DNA of 64,000 bases from Eledone cirrhosa (taxonomy: Eukaryota): positions 59,148,001-59,212,000 of the forward strand of contig OZ024743.1 in assembly GCA_964016885.1 (NCBI GenBank), written 5' to 3'. Positions 42,002 through 56,573 of this stretch are shown piece by piece. The position numbers and the translations under genes were made by a program. Numbering within the stretch: position 1 is the stretch's first letter; every line of letters starts with the position of its first letter. The notes under the pieces are model-generated. The model ran no database searches. It saw nothing but the letters and a program-made list of their open reading frames with translations, and had not been told where the DNA came from.

Positions 42002-42575
42002 TATTATATTATCGTATTACTGTATTTCATTATCTTATTATAATTTTCATCTTTTAATATACTATATTTCCTAGGCAGGATCTTAATTTATATTCACCTA
42101 AAAACTCCATTCAACACAACTCAACATTTAATTTTTACATATACTATATACATTCAACTATCAATTTGACAATCCCTTTCTTCCTAATAGATTTTTTATG
42201 GCAATTGTGTTATTAACACCATTCAACCATTCCTTTCAAAGGTCATGACCTCAACTAAAGTGAATTATTTTTCATCTTAACATCATATAAAAAAAAAAAC
42301 AATCTGATTGGTTAGATCTTCAACTACCTCCAAAAAAGGTCATAGAACTAAACATAATACTAATTTACTACTAATTTTGAATAAAATTATTATTGCTTTT
42401 GACAACAGGTGGTGATATGCATGTAAGTAAATATTCTCTTTATCTGAAATCTTGTAACTAACCTTACATAGATCTATATCGAAGTATAGTTACGATGTAT
42501 TATCATCACCTAGAAACGATCGTAAAGCAGTGAAGTATATTTCTAATGACTTGATTTTTTATTTCATTGTTTTAA

Positions 42576-42619
<44 letters not shown>

Positions 42620-43492
42620 CATATGTTCCATCTTTCATCTATTTAAATTTTGAAGCACAATCATGTTATCAACGCTAACTATATTGATTCCTACCAACTA
42701 TTCCAATTATGTACGTATTTTCAAATATATTAAAGCATGCCAACGGCATCTAAATCCTACGTATATCGCATATGTTTTGTGTCTACCAACTATGATTATA
42801 CACACTGAAAAGCGGGTATAAGAAATGTGTTATCGAAGCTTCAGATTCTTTAATGTTATCTTTCTCTTTCTTGTATGTTAGTACAAACTTGAATTCACTC
42901 TTTATATATATATTCGAAATAATATGATGATCTGCTCTACTTTTGTATAAAACACTAAAACCTTAAAATGCATCCGCAGAAACTCACTGAGACAGTATTC
43001 AGTTTCTGTAGCTATTTCCCGACTATGGTCTAACGTTTGTGTCCATTACTTTTCTCACAACGATCCTAATATCACTGGAATTTCACCGTAGGTGTTGAAG
43101 AAATTTAATGATTACAATGAGACATACGATGGTTCTGAAATGAGTGATATCAGAGGCATATTTGTTCTTTGTAAACTAGAATGGCAAGCTAACAACACTA
43201 ACATACAGTTGAGTTAATTGTTTCCAAGATCCAGATTGTAAAACAGTTAATAGTTGCCTTTAAAATATTAGTAGATGAAATAACAAGGTTGCACGTGCCA
43301 AGAACAATAGTTATAGAACACCGCCTGCGGACATTACTCGACAAATAAAGGAGAATTGTTCTAACTTCTGAATGTTTATGTCGACAAAAGAAAAAAAAAA
43401 TGTTTCGAATAAACACAGAAAATAACTGGCAACAGATATTCATTCAGACAGTCGCATCACTATTCAATCACATCTACTTTTAAAGAACGCTA

Positions 43493-43548
<56 letters not shown>

Positions 43549-43550
<2 letters not shown>

Positions 43551-44155
43551 CGAAGGAAATGTGGTAAGGAACCAGATGGACTATAACGCACCAAAGTACT
43601 CAATACTTAGGGTAGTGGAGTGGGTAATAGGAACGAGTAGAACCCCGACGGCTGAGCTCAAGCCGTTTTGACGGCTAATTCTGGACTAAATGAACATTTT
43701 TATCCTGGTAAATTGATAGCCGAGCTTCTCAAGGGGTAATTCCATATATGGTAAAAGTGATTGTTACAAGAATTGGTCAATAGTTTTTTGTTGAGACACA
43801 TAATTCTATCATGGCATTTTGTGGGAGGAAGGGGTAGCTGAACTTGCCAGTAGAAGAAAGAGGGAGAGGGAGTGGAGGAAACCCAGTCGTGCGTTGAAAG
43901 TGACAACTACAGTAGAATCCTAAGGATAAGAGGTCCAGAGAAGTATACTAGAGAGGGGGAGGGGGAGGAAGTCGAAACAATAAGTAAATCTATATAGAAA
44001 AATATAAGAATGTTAAAAATATTTTTTAAAAAAACACAATTTCTAGTTACTATTCCCCTACCACAATCATCAAATCTCTCACTGGCACTGCTAAACTATA
44101 GAAAAGTTTAATAGGTGGGACGGAACACCAAATACGAGATTGTAGTGAAAAAACT
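43549..44155 (-). mobile_element. Family H copy that retains upstream sequence and a complete but decayed HHR (43642-43737)
   Basis: Sense: ACCCC TTGAGAA GCTCGGCTA-(~40 nt)-TAGCCGTC AAAA CGGCT..AGCCG TC GGGGT. Confidence 0.7.
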
Positions 44156-44156
44156 T

Positions 44157-44222
<66 letters not shown>

Positions 44223-44529
44223 CAAATATATATAATTTACAAAATCGATTGTGCCACTATAATATATACTTACCTATATATTAATGGATCTTGACGTTGT
44301 GATCTGGACAACACCCTCAGTGCTTTTGCAATTTTGAAGGAAAGATTGGAATTAAGGAATGCTTGGAGACTCTCCCAACTATACTTGAATAATTCCAAAC
44401 ACCCACGGGTTAAAAATAAATTATTTGCAGTATAATGTATATATCATACTCCAAACGAATATAAAAAAAATTGAAACAAAGCGTTCAGTTAACTAAAAAA
44501 AGGTATCAAGTCAGTCTCAAGCACGGAGA

Positions 44530-44778
44530 CTCATCAATCCAGTGTTTTTACAGGTTTCCGTGGTGTTAAGCGAATTCCTCTCCTTGACTGGAAGCCAGTC
44601 CATTGCAGGATTAACTCACAGCTATTACCGTTGGTACACATTTTCAACTGACTATACTAAAGCAACGTGAAATAATGTCTTTTACTCAAAAACACAACAG
44701 ACAACACTGTCCAGGAATCGAACCCACGATGCTCTGATCGTAGGTTCAGCTCACTTAACACAAGGCAACGCACCTCCA
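44530..44778 (-). mobile_element. SINE family B
   Basis: B box GGGTTCGATTCC on -; aagcaacgtgaaataa core shared with 9300. Confidence 0.75.
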
Positions 44779-44913
44779 AATTCAAGTAGGCACAATGAAT
44801 AGAATACATTAAAGATAATCATATCCCTTGCTCTTGTGCAGTTGTATATATGATAGTAAAGGAGTTAACCCTAGTTTTAAAATGCAGTTATGTTAACTGG
44901 CAAATATTATTAC

Positions 44914-45205
44914 GCCGAGGTTGACTTTGCCTTTCATCCTTACGGGGTCGATAAAATAAAGTACCAGTAATGCACTGGGTAATTGCTGGCCTTGTGCCTA
45001 AAGTAGAAACAATTATTACACGTTGGATTGGCAGTATCGGTAGAGGGTCCGACGCCATGCTTCGCAGCATAGAGTTACGGCCCTTTACGTTCTGAGTTCA
45101 AATCCCGCCAAGGTTAACTTTGTCTTTCATCCTTACGAGGTCGTTGAAATAAAGCACCACTAATGCACTGGGATAGTTGCTGGCCAAAAGTAAAAACAAT
45201 TATTA
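44914..45205 (+). mobile_element. Two tandem SINE A copies; another partial copy at 45648-45767
   Basis: Similarity to the family. Confidence 0.85.
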
Positions 45206-47665
45206 CATTAGCGGTGGAAGCGATATTATTTTAATCGACAATCTCTATGATTTGAAAGAATCGGCGAATTGGCAGAGCCGTTCAAACGTCAGGTTGAATG
45301 TTTTGGGGTATTCGTTTTTTGCTCTCTGCTCTCTGAGTTTAAGTCTGTTTGTGAGAAACTTTGACTTTCAACTATTCGAGGTCAATAATTATGTACCAGT
45401 TAATTATTTGAGTCGATTATTACTGTATATCCTTTTTCTTACACTCTTTAACCTTCTTTGAAATGGAACTACTATATTCAGATCTGGAGAGGATATGTAC
45501 TTCGCCAGGTTTAAAAAAGAAATTATCTAGAAAGTCTCTATGCCAATAGGGCGTCCCTATGACTCCTTCCACACGATATGGGGGGCATTCATCCATGCAT
45601 GCAAATATTACACTAGAAGTCCGTGCGATATTATTTTAATCGATAATGGTCTGAGTTCAAATCCCGCAGAAGTGAACTTTGCTGTTCATCCTTACGGGGT
45701 CGATAAAATAAAGTACCAGTCATGCACTGGGATAATTGCTGGCCTTGTGCCAAAAAGTAGAAACAATCTAAACTATAATAAAGTAAGAAGCGCGGGATTG
45801 CGTAGCGTTTATAATTTTTTATCCCATTAGTAAAATATGTTGGATTACTTTGAATAAATAATGAATGAATATTACATAATTTATCTACCAAATTTCGTGG
45901 CTGTTCATTAAATATATTTTAGTACTTATTTAAAGATTCACTTCTTTAAAATTTTCAAATGTCAACACTTCCTTTTAGCAATCGTTTAAATAAATATTCA
46001 TATATTTCTGTCACTAATTTTCTCCTAATGCAGTTTATATATAATATCGTCTTTTGTTTAATGTATCATGGAATACGTTACTGATTACATAAGACAGTGT
46101 AACACAGTCTTCGTTCAATTTCTGTGTATAATGTCAATTACGATTTTATTTGATCACATCTAGCAGAAAAACACCCGAAGGGTGGATTTTCTGCTAGTTA
46201 TTTTTATTCGATAATTAGTATGTCTTGAAAGATCATCTTATAAACGTCAACGCACATCCTTATTCTCTGCCACATCTCCAGAAGAACACTGACTAAAGTT
46301 GCAGGTTTATAGACTTGCATTTCTCTTGCATTGTCCTTCATTAAGGATGACCATCTGTATTGTATCTCTCCACATTCCAGTTCCATACAACGAAGCATTT
46401 ACAAACAATTCTTTAATTATCGTTCTGATAGTTTATGTTTAACTCCAGTTGATCATTCAAAAATATGTATTTAGTTTTAAACCCACAAAACGCCCCAGCA
46501 ACCCATGTATCCTCACTATCCTCATTCAAGGTTTTATATCTTCACATGCTGAGGAAAAGATTTATTGAAAGAGAGTCATTACGTGAATGCTTCTTTCCTG
46601 CCCTTACCATGGCAACCAATACTGGACATTGAATAGATATTGGGAATACAGAACATGATTCGCATCCTACGTCAATTGAAACTTTTATCGAGAAAAACTG
46701 GACTGTTATTTATCTTTTTCTTGTACTATATTGTTTGTACGACCTTTTCAAATACTCCATTTTATGAACTTATGTGAAGTTTATGTAACGTAGAACACAG
46801 AGAAAAAATCGGAGACAAGAAGAGATGAAGACATGACAAAAATGGGGAAATAGGTGTTTATATGTTTATGTGCGTAACAGCATGAGTTTTCTTGTGTGTA
46901 TATGCATGGCCGATTAAGAAGTTGATGTAATAAGAAAGATTTAAGAACCGAAATATACCAAACATGGTGAGACACATCAGTAACGAAGGAAATGTTGATA
47001 TGATAGAGATTAGTGTGAATAGTTCAAAATAGATTTAAAGCATTTGATGGGTTTAGAATGCGCTTAGAGGTGTGATATGAATTTTGTCAGATTTAAACAA
47101 TTTGACTCAACAGATACGATAAAACTATAGAAGGAGCTAAAAAGTGTAAAGGAGAGAGGAGTTAGGGGAGGAATAAAATGTATAATTTAGACTGTGATTC
47201 AGAAAGATGTATATTTGCATGAACAGAAGAGTGAGAGAAAGAGAAGCAAGGAGAGTGAGAGAGAGGGAGAGTGAAATAGAAAGTGTGAGAAAGTCAGTGA
47301 GTGAGGGAGAGAGAGAGAGGGGGGGAGCAGCATCATTGAGGATCAAATTTGCAGTCATTAAAACCTAAATGGATTATGATGTTTGGCTAAAGATTCTATA
47401 GCAATGTGTTAGATTCCCAGGATCATATTGTGTCCTTGGACAGGACAATCAGCTGACAAAATGAGTCACACTGTGTCACACTGAATTTTCCTGCAAACTC
47501 ACCTTAGCCACGCTAATTCCACGTGCTGTTAATTCTTCTGATTAAACAATTAGAGAAATCATCGTTCACCACACTCACACATGATATTTCTAAGCTTGCT
47601 GTTATAAAACTCGGCCAAGCGAATATTAGAAAACATAATCTACATATATATAAATTTACATTTTC

Positions 47666-47730
<65 letters not shown>

Positions 47731-47769
47731 TCTCTCTCTTCCCTTCTGTCTCTCTCTCTCTTACTCTCT

Positions 47770-48435
47770 CTTTTCCTTGGAGATGTGGTGGTAGTAGCAG
47801 CCAAAATAGAAGCAGCTGGATTGTCCCCGAACAACTTTACTTCTAAATACTCCAATAGTTTTACAATTTAGTACAGTACTTCCTTACGGACAACTGACGC
47901 TGCACACCAGAGCCGAACACTGAAAAACCGAACTTCCACTGTCATCGCCTCCCTCTCTCATACCCTCCCCATCTCTCTCTATTATGAGCAAATGGTGTCC
48001 TACGGGCTGGCGGCCTCACGGCCCCAGCGGACAGAATGGAGAAGGAACTTCTCCGTAAGATGGTAAATGAGATGCGCTGGAGGAAACATTCAATCTCGCG
48101 AGGCTGGTGATTGCTAGTTTGATGATGGTGTATTTTTCCTGTGGTGGTGCTGTTGATGTAGTGGGAGTGCTGTTGTAGCTTATTCTTATAATCGCTGGCC
48201 ATATTGGTTTTTCTTTTTTTCTTTCTTTCATTCATTCATGATTTGGTGACTTCTGACTTTTGGGGATCAGGTTTCTTACGGTGTTGCTCTGTTACTGATC
48301 TTTGAAGGGTATATTTTCCTCTCCCTTTCTTTTAATCGGACCAATCCGCCGCTGCCTTGTCCGAATCAGAATACCAAATACAAGCTAGCCATTTTGATGT
48401 TTCAAAGATAAACAAAAAAATAGGAATTTGGTATG
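47770..48435. promoter_or_regulatory. Possible promoter or first non-coding exon of a host gene
   Basis: Non-repetitive, CpG-richer island after a (CT)n tract, with CCAAT at 48341, short overlapping ORFs and a possible donor TTG|GTATGG at 48430. Inference only. Confidence 0.35.
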
Positions 48436-48836
48436 GGGTTTAAGAATAAGATCCTCGGGGAAACATGTATTTGACCTTTCCAAGTACATTCCTGGTCACT
48501 TATGGTTGATTTGTGCAAGGTTTTAAGTTTCTGATGAATGTGGTTATTTCATGTGCATGATTCCGTCTATGAGAGAAGCTACTATTGCAAATTTACGTTC
48601 TGTTTGTAGTATTATATATCGATAGCTAATCGGTCAAACGGCCGTCAGTGTGTATGCAGTAGTATGTTTGAGTTCAGACAATGAACTTTCCTGATTGATT
48701 AATCGTGTAGCTTCTAAGTGTATTTGTGACAGTGTGTTTGCTATGTAGCTGTAAGTTTGTAACTCTGTCAACGCATGGTGTTAGGAATGTGTGTGATTGT
48801 CACAGCGATTTCAACGCGACAATATAAAGAAATAAT

Positions 48837-48977
48837 TGTTTCTAGTTTTGGCACATGGCCAGCAATTACCCGGTACATTACTGGTACTTTATTTTTCGAC
48901 CCCGTAAGGATGAAAGGTAAAGTTGACCTCGGTGGGATTTGAACTCAGAATGGAAAGGGCCGTAACTCTATGCGTCA
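48837..48977 (-). mobile_element. 5'-truncated SINE A with 18-bp TSD
   Basis: TSD acaatataaagaaataat at 48819-48836 and 48978-48995. Confidence 0.88.
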
Positions 48978-50119
48978 ACAATATAAAGAAATAATAGCGG
49001 AGAAAAACGAGAAAGCAAACTTACTATTAAAGCCGATAAAACAGCATTGTGTAGGAAGATATTAGAAAAAAAAATCAAAGTTGCCTTTTGATGGTGTTAC
49101 CTTAGCATTTTAAGGACGATTGATGTAAACATTCCAATTATTTGATTTCCATTATTTCATGCGACATCGAAACAATAAACGTTTGTAGAAAAATAATTAA
49201 AAACTTTCTGGATATAGTTAAGTGAGGCACATTAAATAATTTTGAAGAAAAATAAATGCAAAAAACATTACATGTCACTGATTTTCTGTTTTATCAAATA
49301 ATTATACGAGTTTGTATTTTCGTCATAAAAGAACAAAAAAGTAATAAAACAGAAAATGGTACACTACCTATTCTCGGGGTATAACATTGGGTCAATTATT
49401 AAACTATGACTAAATAATATTTCTAAACTGCATCAGTCATCTCTGTTATTAGTTTAGTAAGAAATAATTAACATTCTATTTTGAGTTCCGTTGCGAATAA
49501 AATTAGCTATATTTACTACACGGTGCACGTGTCATTTTAACAATTTAAAACACAAAAAGGCGCTTCTTAAATTATATTTATCATACATATTATGGTGTAA
49601 AGTTTTCGTCGAACTGTTTGAGACCTGGTTATAATAGCTAAGATTTAAATTTTATCACATAATTCCTTTAGTTTCATTACAAGATCTCATATCAGGTCAC
49701 TTGCTAGACAAGCTCATCTCGGATATAAACATGTTCTAGTTACCAGTGGATGTGTAAGGGAGGGATTTTATGAGCGTTGTTACTAAAAAGCATGCATACA
49801 GAAATGATTTAATTCTAGACAATCATACAAACTGAGAAATTTCAGCTTTGATAAATTATTGGTTTGTATAACAGAAACCCTACAAATTATGTTGGGAGTT
49901 ACTAAATATAAGAATCATAACAAATGATTTATTACTAGGATACAATTATATAAATCTTCATCATATAAAACAAATATCATTCACAATTAACTGTACGAGT
50001 ATCCTTGCGGTATACATCCTTTCTATGGGAAACTATAGGGCCAGAAACTAGGACATTGTGATTGGAATGGGAACCCTCATCGTGAATGTATGTAAATTTT
50101 CTAGTTACATGCAGATCCG

Positions 50120-50190
<71 letters not shown>

Positions 50191-50193
<3 letters not shown>

Positions 50194-50465
50194 AGGTCAC
50201 CACTTGGTGCTACTGGTAACATGTATCCCAGTACAACCTGTCTCATGGTCGGGTCGTTGGCGACTAAACTGGCAACCCCACTAAGGTTTCTTGGTGAGGA
50301 GGGTGACTTTGGACATCCTGCAGGACTAAAAACAAAACCTGTCAAAGGGCAAAGGAGCTCTTAAGAGTCAATGGCCATCCAAAATCACCGGGAGAGATGA
50401 CCCCTTAGCCTTTGTCAAGGCAGAATTCTAGGAGAAGGAAAACTCTGATATAACACCTGCAACCC
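50191..50465 (+). mobile_element. Probable RTE-type LINE 5'UTR fragment
   Basis: ctaggagaaggaaaactctga motif recalled from RTE 5'UTRs, not verified; GC-richer block next to (TA)n. Confidence 0.45.
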
Positions 50466-50796
50466 TGATGGTATCCAATGATGTTGACTTGTTCTTCTTT
50501 TTGGTAAATATCATCTTGGTTAAGAGAGTGGGACTGGCTTTGTGCAGTGCCTTTGCTCACTATAAAAGCTTCACGGCACAGGCATTGATTTGTATCTGGA
50601 GATCTCTCTGCACTTGTCATTACATGGTACCATGGGCCCAGCACTATGTGTCAATAATTGTCACAAGTGTAGTGTTTGTACCAGAGTTTTCAAGTTGCTG
50701 GCTGGACTAAAAAGTCACACTCGTTCAGCGTATCGGTAGGGGTTCTCCTACATGGTTATAAAGTAGTGGCCGTACTCGAAAACGAGTTGGCAGCCA

Positions 50797-50843
<47 letters not shown>

Positions 50844-50846
50844 AAT

Positions 50847-50920
<74 letters not shown>

Positions 50921-50921
<1 letters not shown>

Positions 50922-51180
50922 TTGAGTATATGTTGGTTGTTTACCGACACCTCAGTATGCAGATTGGAGCACGCGACGAGTACGCAGGTTGGTTTGTTTA
51001 CTCCGGAGTAATGTAAGGTATTGACAGAGCGGAACACATTTCAACAACATGTTTACTTGTCTTTTTCACATTAATTCGTACTGCCGGAAGAGGCCATAGC
51101 CAATAATAGCTGTCACCGAAATATATACACCAGACAATTTATAATAAACGAAGCCAAATTTTACATGTTTGACTTACTTA
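50921..51180. mobile_element. Rearranged pLTR fragment related to 35600-35820, with a decayed HHR at 51080-51134 (+); related tail at 52208-52265 (-)
   Basis: ACTGC CGGAAGA..GCTGTCACC GAAATATA; inverted tail gagtatatgttggttg..cagattggagcac. Confidence 0.7.
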
Positions 51181-52074
51181 TTATATATATATATAGTATA
51201 TGGTATATAGTGCGACTGCTGGTCTTCCACAAAACAAACTACCCAGGCTTGTGCCTCGGAAGGAAATTTTGTAGGTGCAAAACCATGGCCATTCGTGACC
51301 GAGTGGTGCCAAAGAAGTATATAGTATAAACAAAGTTTCATAAACTTAGCATACAGGTTTTGGGGTCCAATTATGGCAACCACTGGATATTGGAGGAACT
51401 GTATTTAAACTGGCTCTTCATTCGGGCACAGAAAACATAGTTCACGTGCCCGAATTAAGGGCCAGTTAAAAGCAGCTCCTTCAATATACAGTTGTGGCCA
51501 TAACTGGACCCCGAAACTATTGGTAGCACATGGATGTAAAATGTATGATACTTTCTTTATACTAAATAAGCTCTCTTGCAACAGATTCAGCACTGCTTTC
51601 CTTGATCTACAGATTTCTACCCCATCCTCATATATATATATATAGGGCTTCCTGTATTTGGGAGCAAAGATTGGGAATACGGAAGGTGATGTGGTTGAGA
51701 GGAAGAGTAAGGCCTGGGCGGGGTGCCACACCTTGAGATCGGTGTGAAATTCACTATATGTCCAAGTTGGCGTTCAACCAATGTATCGCACCGTACAACT
51801 GTACCACAGTAAATACAAATCGTTATGGCAATCCCGTTACATATAGAGAAAAAGTGTATACAGAAAACTTCGCTTCCAGAGTCACATATGGCAGAATGAG
51901 CATATATTGTTATAATAATAGGCGGGTTTATTATAGTAAGTGCAAAATTCTGTAGAATATATAGATATATATAGAAGGGATAACTCACAACCAAACCTGT
52001 CAATGACATATATGTTATTTATATTTCCACCACGTGTGAGTACGTATATATCTATGTATGTATGTATATTTATG

Positions 52075-52114
<40 letters not shown>

Positions 52115-52354
52115 CATACATATACATACATACATACATACATAGATATATACGTATTCACACATATAATATATATATATACAGCGAGAGAGAGATAGAT
52201 AGAGAGATTTGAGTATGTGTTGGTTACTTACCGACACTCAGTATGCAGGTTAGAGCACTCAACACCGCACTTTCGGATATGGGCATCTCAACGAATTAAC
52301 AAGGTAAACTTTGTTCCACTATTATGTTTTCCTCTTTTTCTTTTCTAATTGTAG

Positions 52355-52411
52355 CTGCCTGATGAGATCATAGCTGTTGAATAATGATTATCACAGAAAT
52401 ACATATTGGAG
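52355..52411 (+). ncRNA. Hammerhead ribozyme motif, partly decayed
   Basis: CTGC CTGATGA GATCAT..ATGATT ATCACA GAAA TACATA TT GGAG. Confidence 0.55.
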
Positions 52412-52458
52412 TGTGTATCAATGAACGAAGTTAATTTTAACCTGCTGACTTACACTTC

Positions 52459-53634
<1,176 letters not shown>

Positions 53635-53699
53635 TATATATATATATATATTGTAGTAATAAATATATATATAGTAATATTTTAAATAGTATTATTTTA

Positions 53700-53750
<51 letters not shown>

Positions 53751-53754
<4 letters not shown>

Positions 53755-53951
53755 AACAGATCCAGGACCCCAACGGCTGAGCTCCGGCCGTTTCAACATC
53801 TAGATCCAAACGTTTGGATCTAGCTGTCGAAACGGCCGGCCCTCAGCCATCGGGGTCCTCGCTCTTTTCCTATTACCCACTGTACTACCCTAAGTATCGA
53901 GTACTCTAGTGCGTTAGGGTCCACCTGGTATCTTCCCACACTTTCTTTGTT

Positions 53952-53952
<1 letters not shown>
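53751..53952 (+). mobile_element. Family H fold-back mini-element (divergent subfamily)
   Basis: Palindrome centred on aaacgttt (53808-53815) plus tail; flanked by (TA)n. Confidence 0.8.
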
Positions 53953-54014
<62 letters not shown>

Positions 54015-54639
54015 ATAAACATATTTGATGCATCAAGTGAGCTGATGTGTGTAGCAATAGTAGATACTTGTTGAGATAATTGATACGAACGATCAATAAA
54101 TCTTAATGTAATGTCTTCCATTTCTCACACTAACATTACATCCCGCAAAATTAATTCAATAAATATAAAAACATTGTTTTGAATGTTTGAATTTTTAAAT
54201 TCATTATGAATTTTATATACTTACAAATTAAAATTTGTTATACCGAATATATGTCACCAACCTTTTGTATCTCAATGTTTGAAGTTATTCTTCACAAAAA
54301 AAAATAAATGGTTAAATTTGTGAGATAAACAAAACAGTCAACAACGTTGAAGCAATTGTTCCTACAGAAATATGTGATTAATACCAAATAAATAACAAGA
54401 GCAAAATCAAAACAAAGGGACCGTACAGTGACGCTCTCTATCTGCAATATAGTTTGACTTTCTTTTTGTTATGAATGGCATCGTTCAGCTTTTTAATGTT
54501 TTCACGATTATTTGGTAAGTCAAAGGATATACGCTACTAAACTATACGCTACTAAACTTTCATTAGATATACATCTTTTGGTGACAAAATATCCAATAAT
54601 AATTGAAATCTTAGAAAACAAATAAAACCAAAACAATCA

Positions 54640-55260
54640 AACAACAATATTATTTAGAAACTTACAATGGTTCAAATAAAACGAAGTATATGAAACCTTA
54701 TACTTAATTACTAAAGCTAGGAAACCATACACAATTAGCGAAGTAATTCTGTTGCTAAGGGCAGGCAGAATCACACAAATTATTGAGAGAGAGTCGTATG
54801 CAGCCGAAAAAGGAAACGTTCCACAGTCACATGATATATCTGTTAGGAAGTTACAGGAATTACCAACAACCAATTGGTCCAATGTATCGAAATAATTAAT
54901 GGAAGTATTACATTTTTGCTTCAGCTGGATGTCTTGATCGACATTAGAAATGTGACTCAATCATTAGTATTTCACTGTTTGACTGTGTGCTGGGGGACTT
55001 CCTGATGTGAGTATCAATAGACGATCGTACCACACATGAAACCGTTTTTCTACAATGTGTACCATACATTAAAGGAAGTATGTCTGGAATAAAATATTGA
55101 TTGTCGGTTTCAAAGTTGAGATTTCTAGTCATTCGATAAATGGAACAGCAGGCACATGGAAATAAGTTGTAAATATAAATAAAGTTGTCTCGAAGACCGA
55201 GATTAAGCACGAGTGTAGTGGAATTCATAGAATAATGAGGAAAACTTAACACAAGAATAA
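54640..55260 (+). mobile_element. Old hAT (Buster-type) transposase remnant
   Basis: YETLYLITKARKPYTISEVILL resembles FEISHLIGKNKKPFTLGEQLIL at ~18300; LQLD motif further on. Confidence 0.6.
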
Positions 55261-56506
55261 CTGTTAAAACAGTAAAATTCCGCCTATGACAGCGTCAGGT
55301 AAAAAGCACCTGAAAGGACAAAAATCAGTGGTTAGAAGTGTGTTGTCCAGCAGAATTGATACGATGAAAGAAGCAAAGCAAGAAAATGAATGAGACAAAA
55401 TCGCACACACATCTTGGCTGAGAATTCCACGAACAGGTATACACATCACTTAATTTTTTGATAATTCAATGTGTGTAACAAGGCTGGCTCTTCAAATTAC
55501 ATGTCCAATCCATTCCATAGACTGCCAAAAACATTCCGTCTACTAGATTTCATTCAGTCATCAGTCATACTGAGACTATGGTAAACAACACTTGCCAAAG
55601 CGTTGATGAATTTGTGGATCTAATACTTGACCTAATGATTGCGAAGTGCACCTCTAAATATTCGTTTAGACTGGAGCGCCCTCGGAAAGAAAAAAACTAT
55701 GATCGAAAAGTTCATGTAGAAGCAATAAACACAGGCAAAAAGTGAAAAAAGAAATACTCGTATAGCTTTAAGGTGATGTTTAATTTGCAAGCAATGCTCT
55801 AAACAGAATGGACATGTCTTGTTGCATGGACATGTTTTGCTAAAAAAAGAAAAAAAAACATTTTTTCCCGGTGAAATTCAGTATAATTAAAACTAACAAA
55901 TTAATTAAAATTCATTCATTGAATAAATATTTATTTGTTCATTTTGTTCATTTATGCCAGCAAATACATCCCGACTTTCAGTGCAAACTGTGTCACGATA
56001 GCTGCGGAAAATTTGAAATATGGAACGGATAATATACTTCTAAAATATTACAGAAAAATTATAAAGAAAAAGAAACATTTTTTTTTTGTAAAGATTCTTC
56101 CATGTTATGAATTAGTTATGCAAATTATGCTAATTTTTCGACATATTTCTGTAGTGTTACCTCTACAGGGGACATGCAAAAATGTTTAATTTGAACATTA
56201 ATATTGAAGAAGCTATTGGCAGAGAATGTTCCATCTGACTAAACAATATTTTCATAAAGTATATTAACATCCTCATAAAGGAGAAAAGCTTTATCTTTAA
56301 TAATCAACTTCATTACGAATTTAATAATTTAACACAGCTTGACAAATGAATAGAATCGAGTGTAAATTAATATTTACGGTGGCCTCTGTAATTCATGAGA
56401 TGTGATCGTTAATCACTTCGGTTCATATAAATATGGTACGTTGTAGACATGAGGGATGATAGGATGGCTACATATGCACACATACACACACGCATACACA
56501 CACGCA

Positions 56507-56573
<67 letters not shown>

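Noticed and set aside
55765-56300. Kolobok-like non-autonomous DNA transposon bounded by TTAA
   Set aside because: No convincing terminal inverted repeats could be verified.
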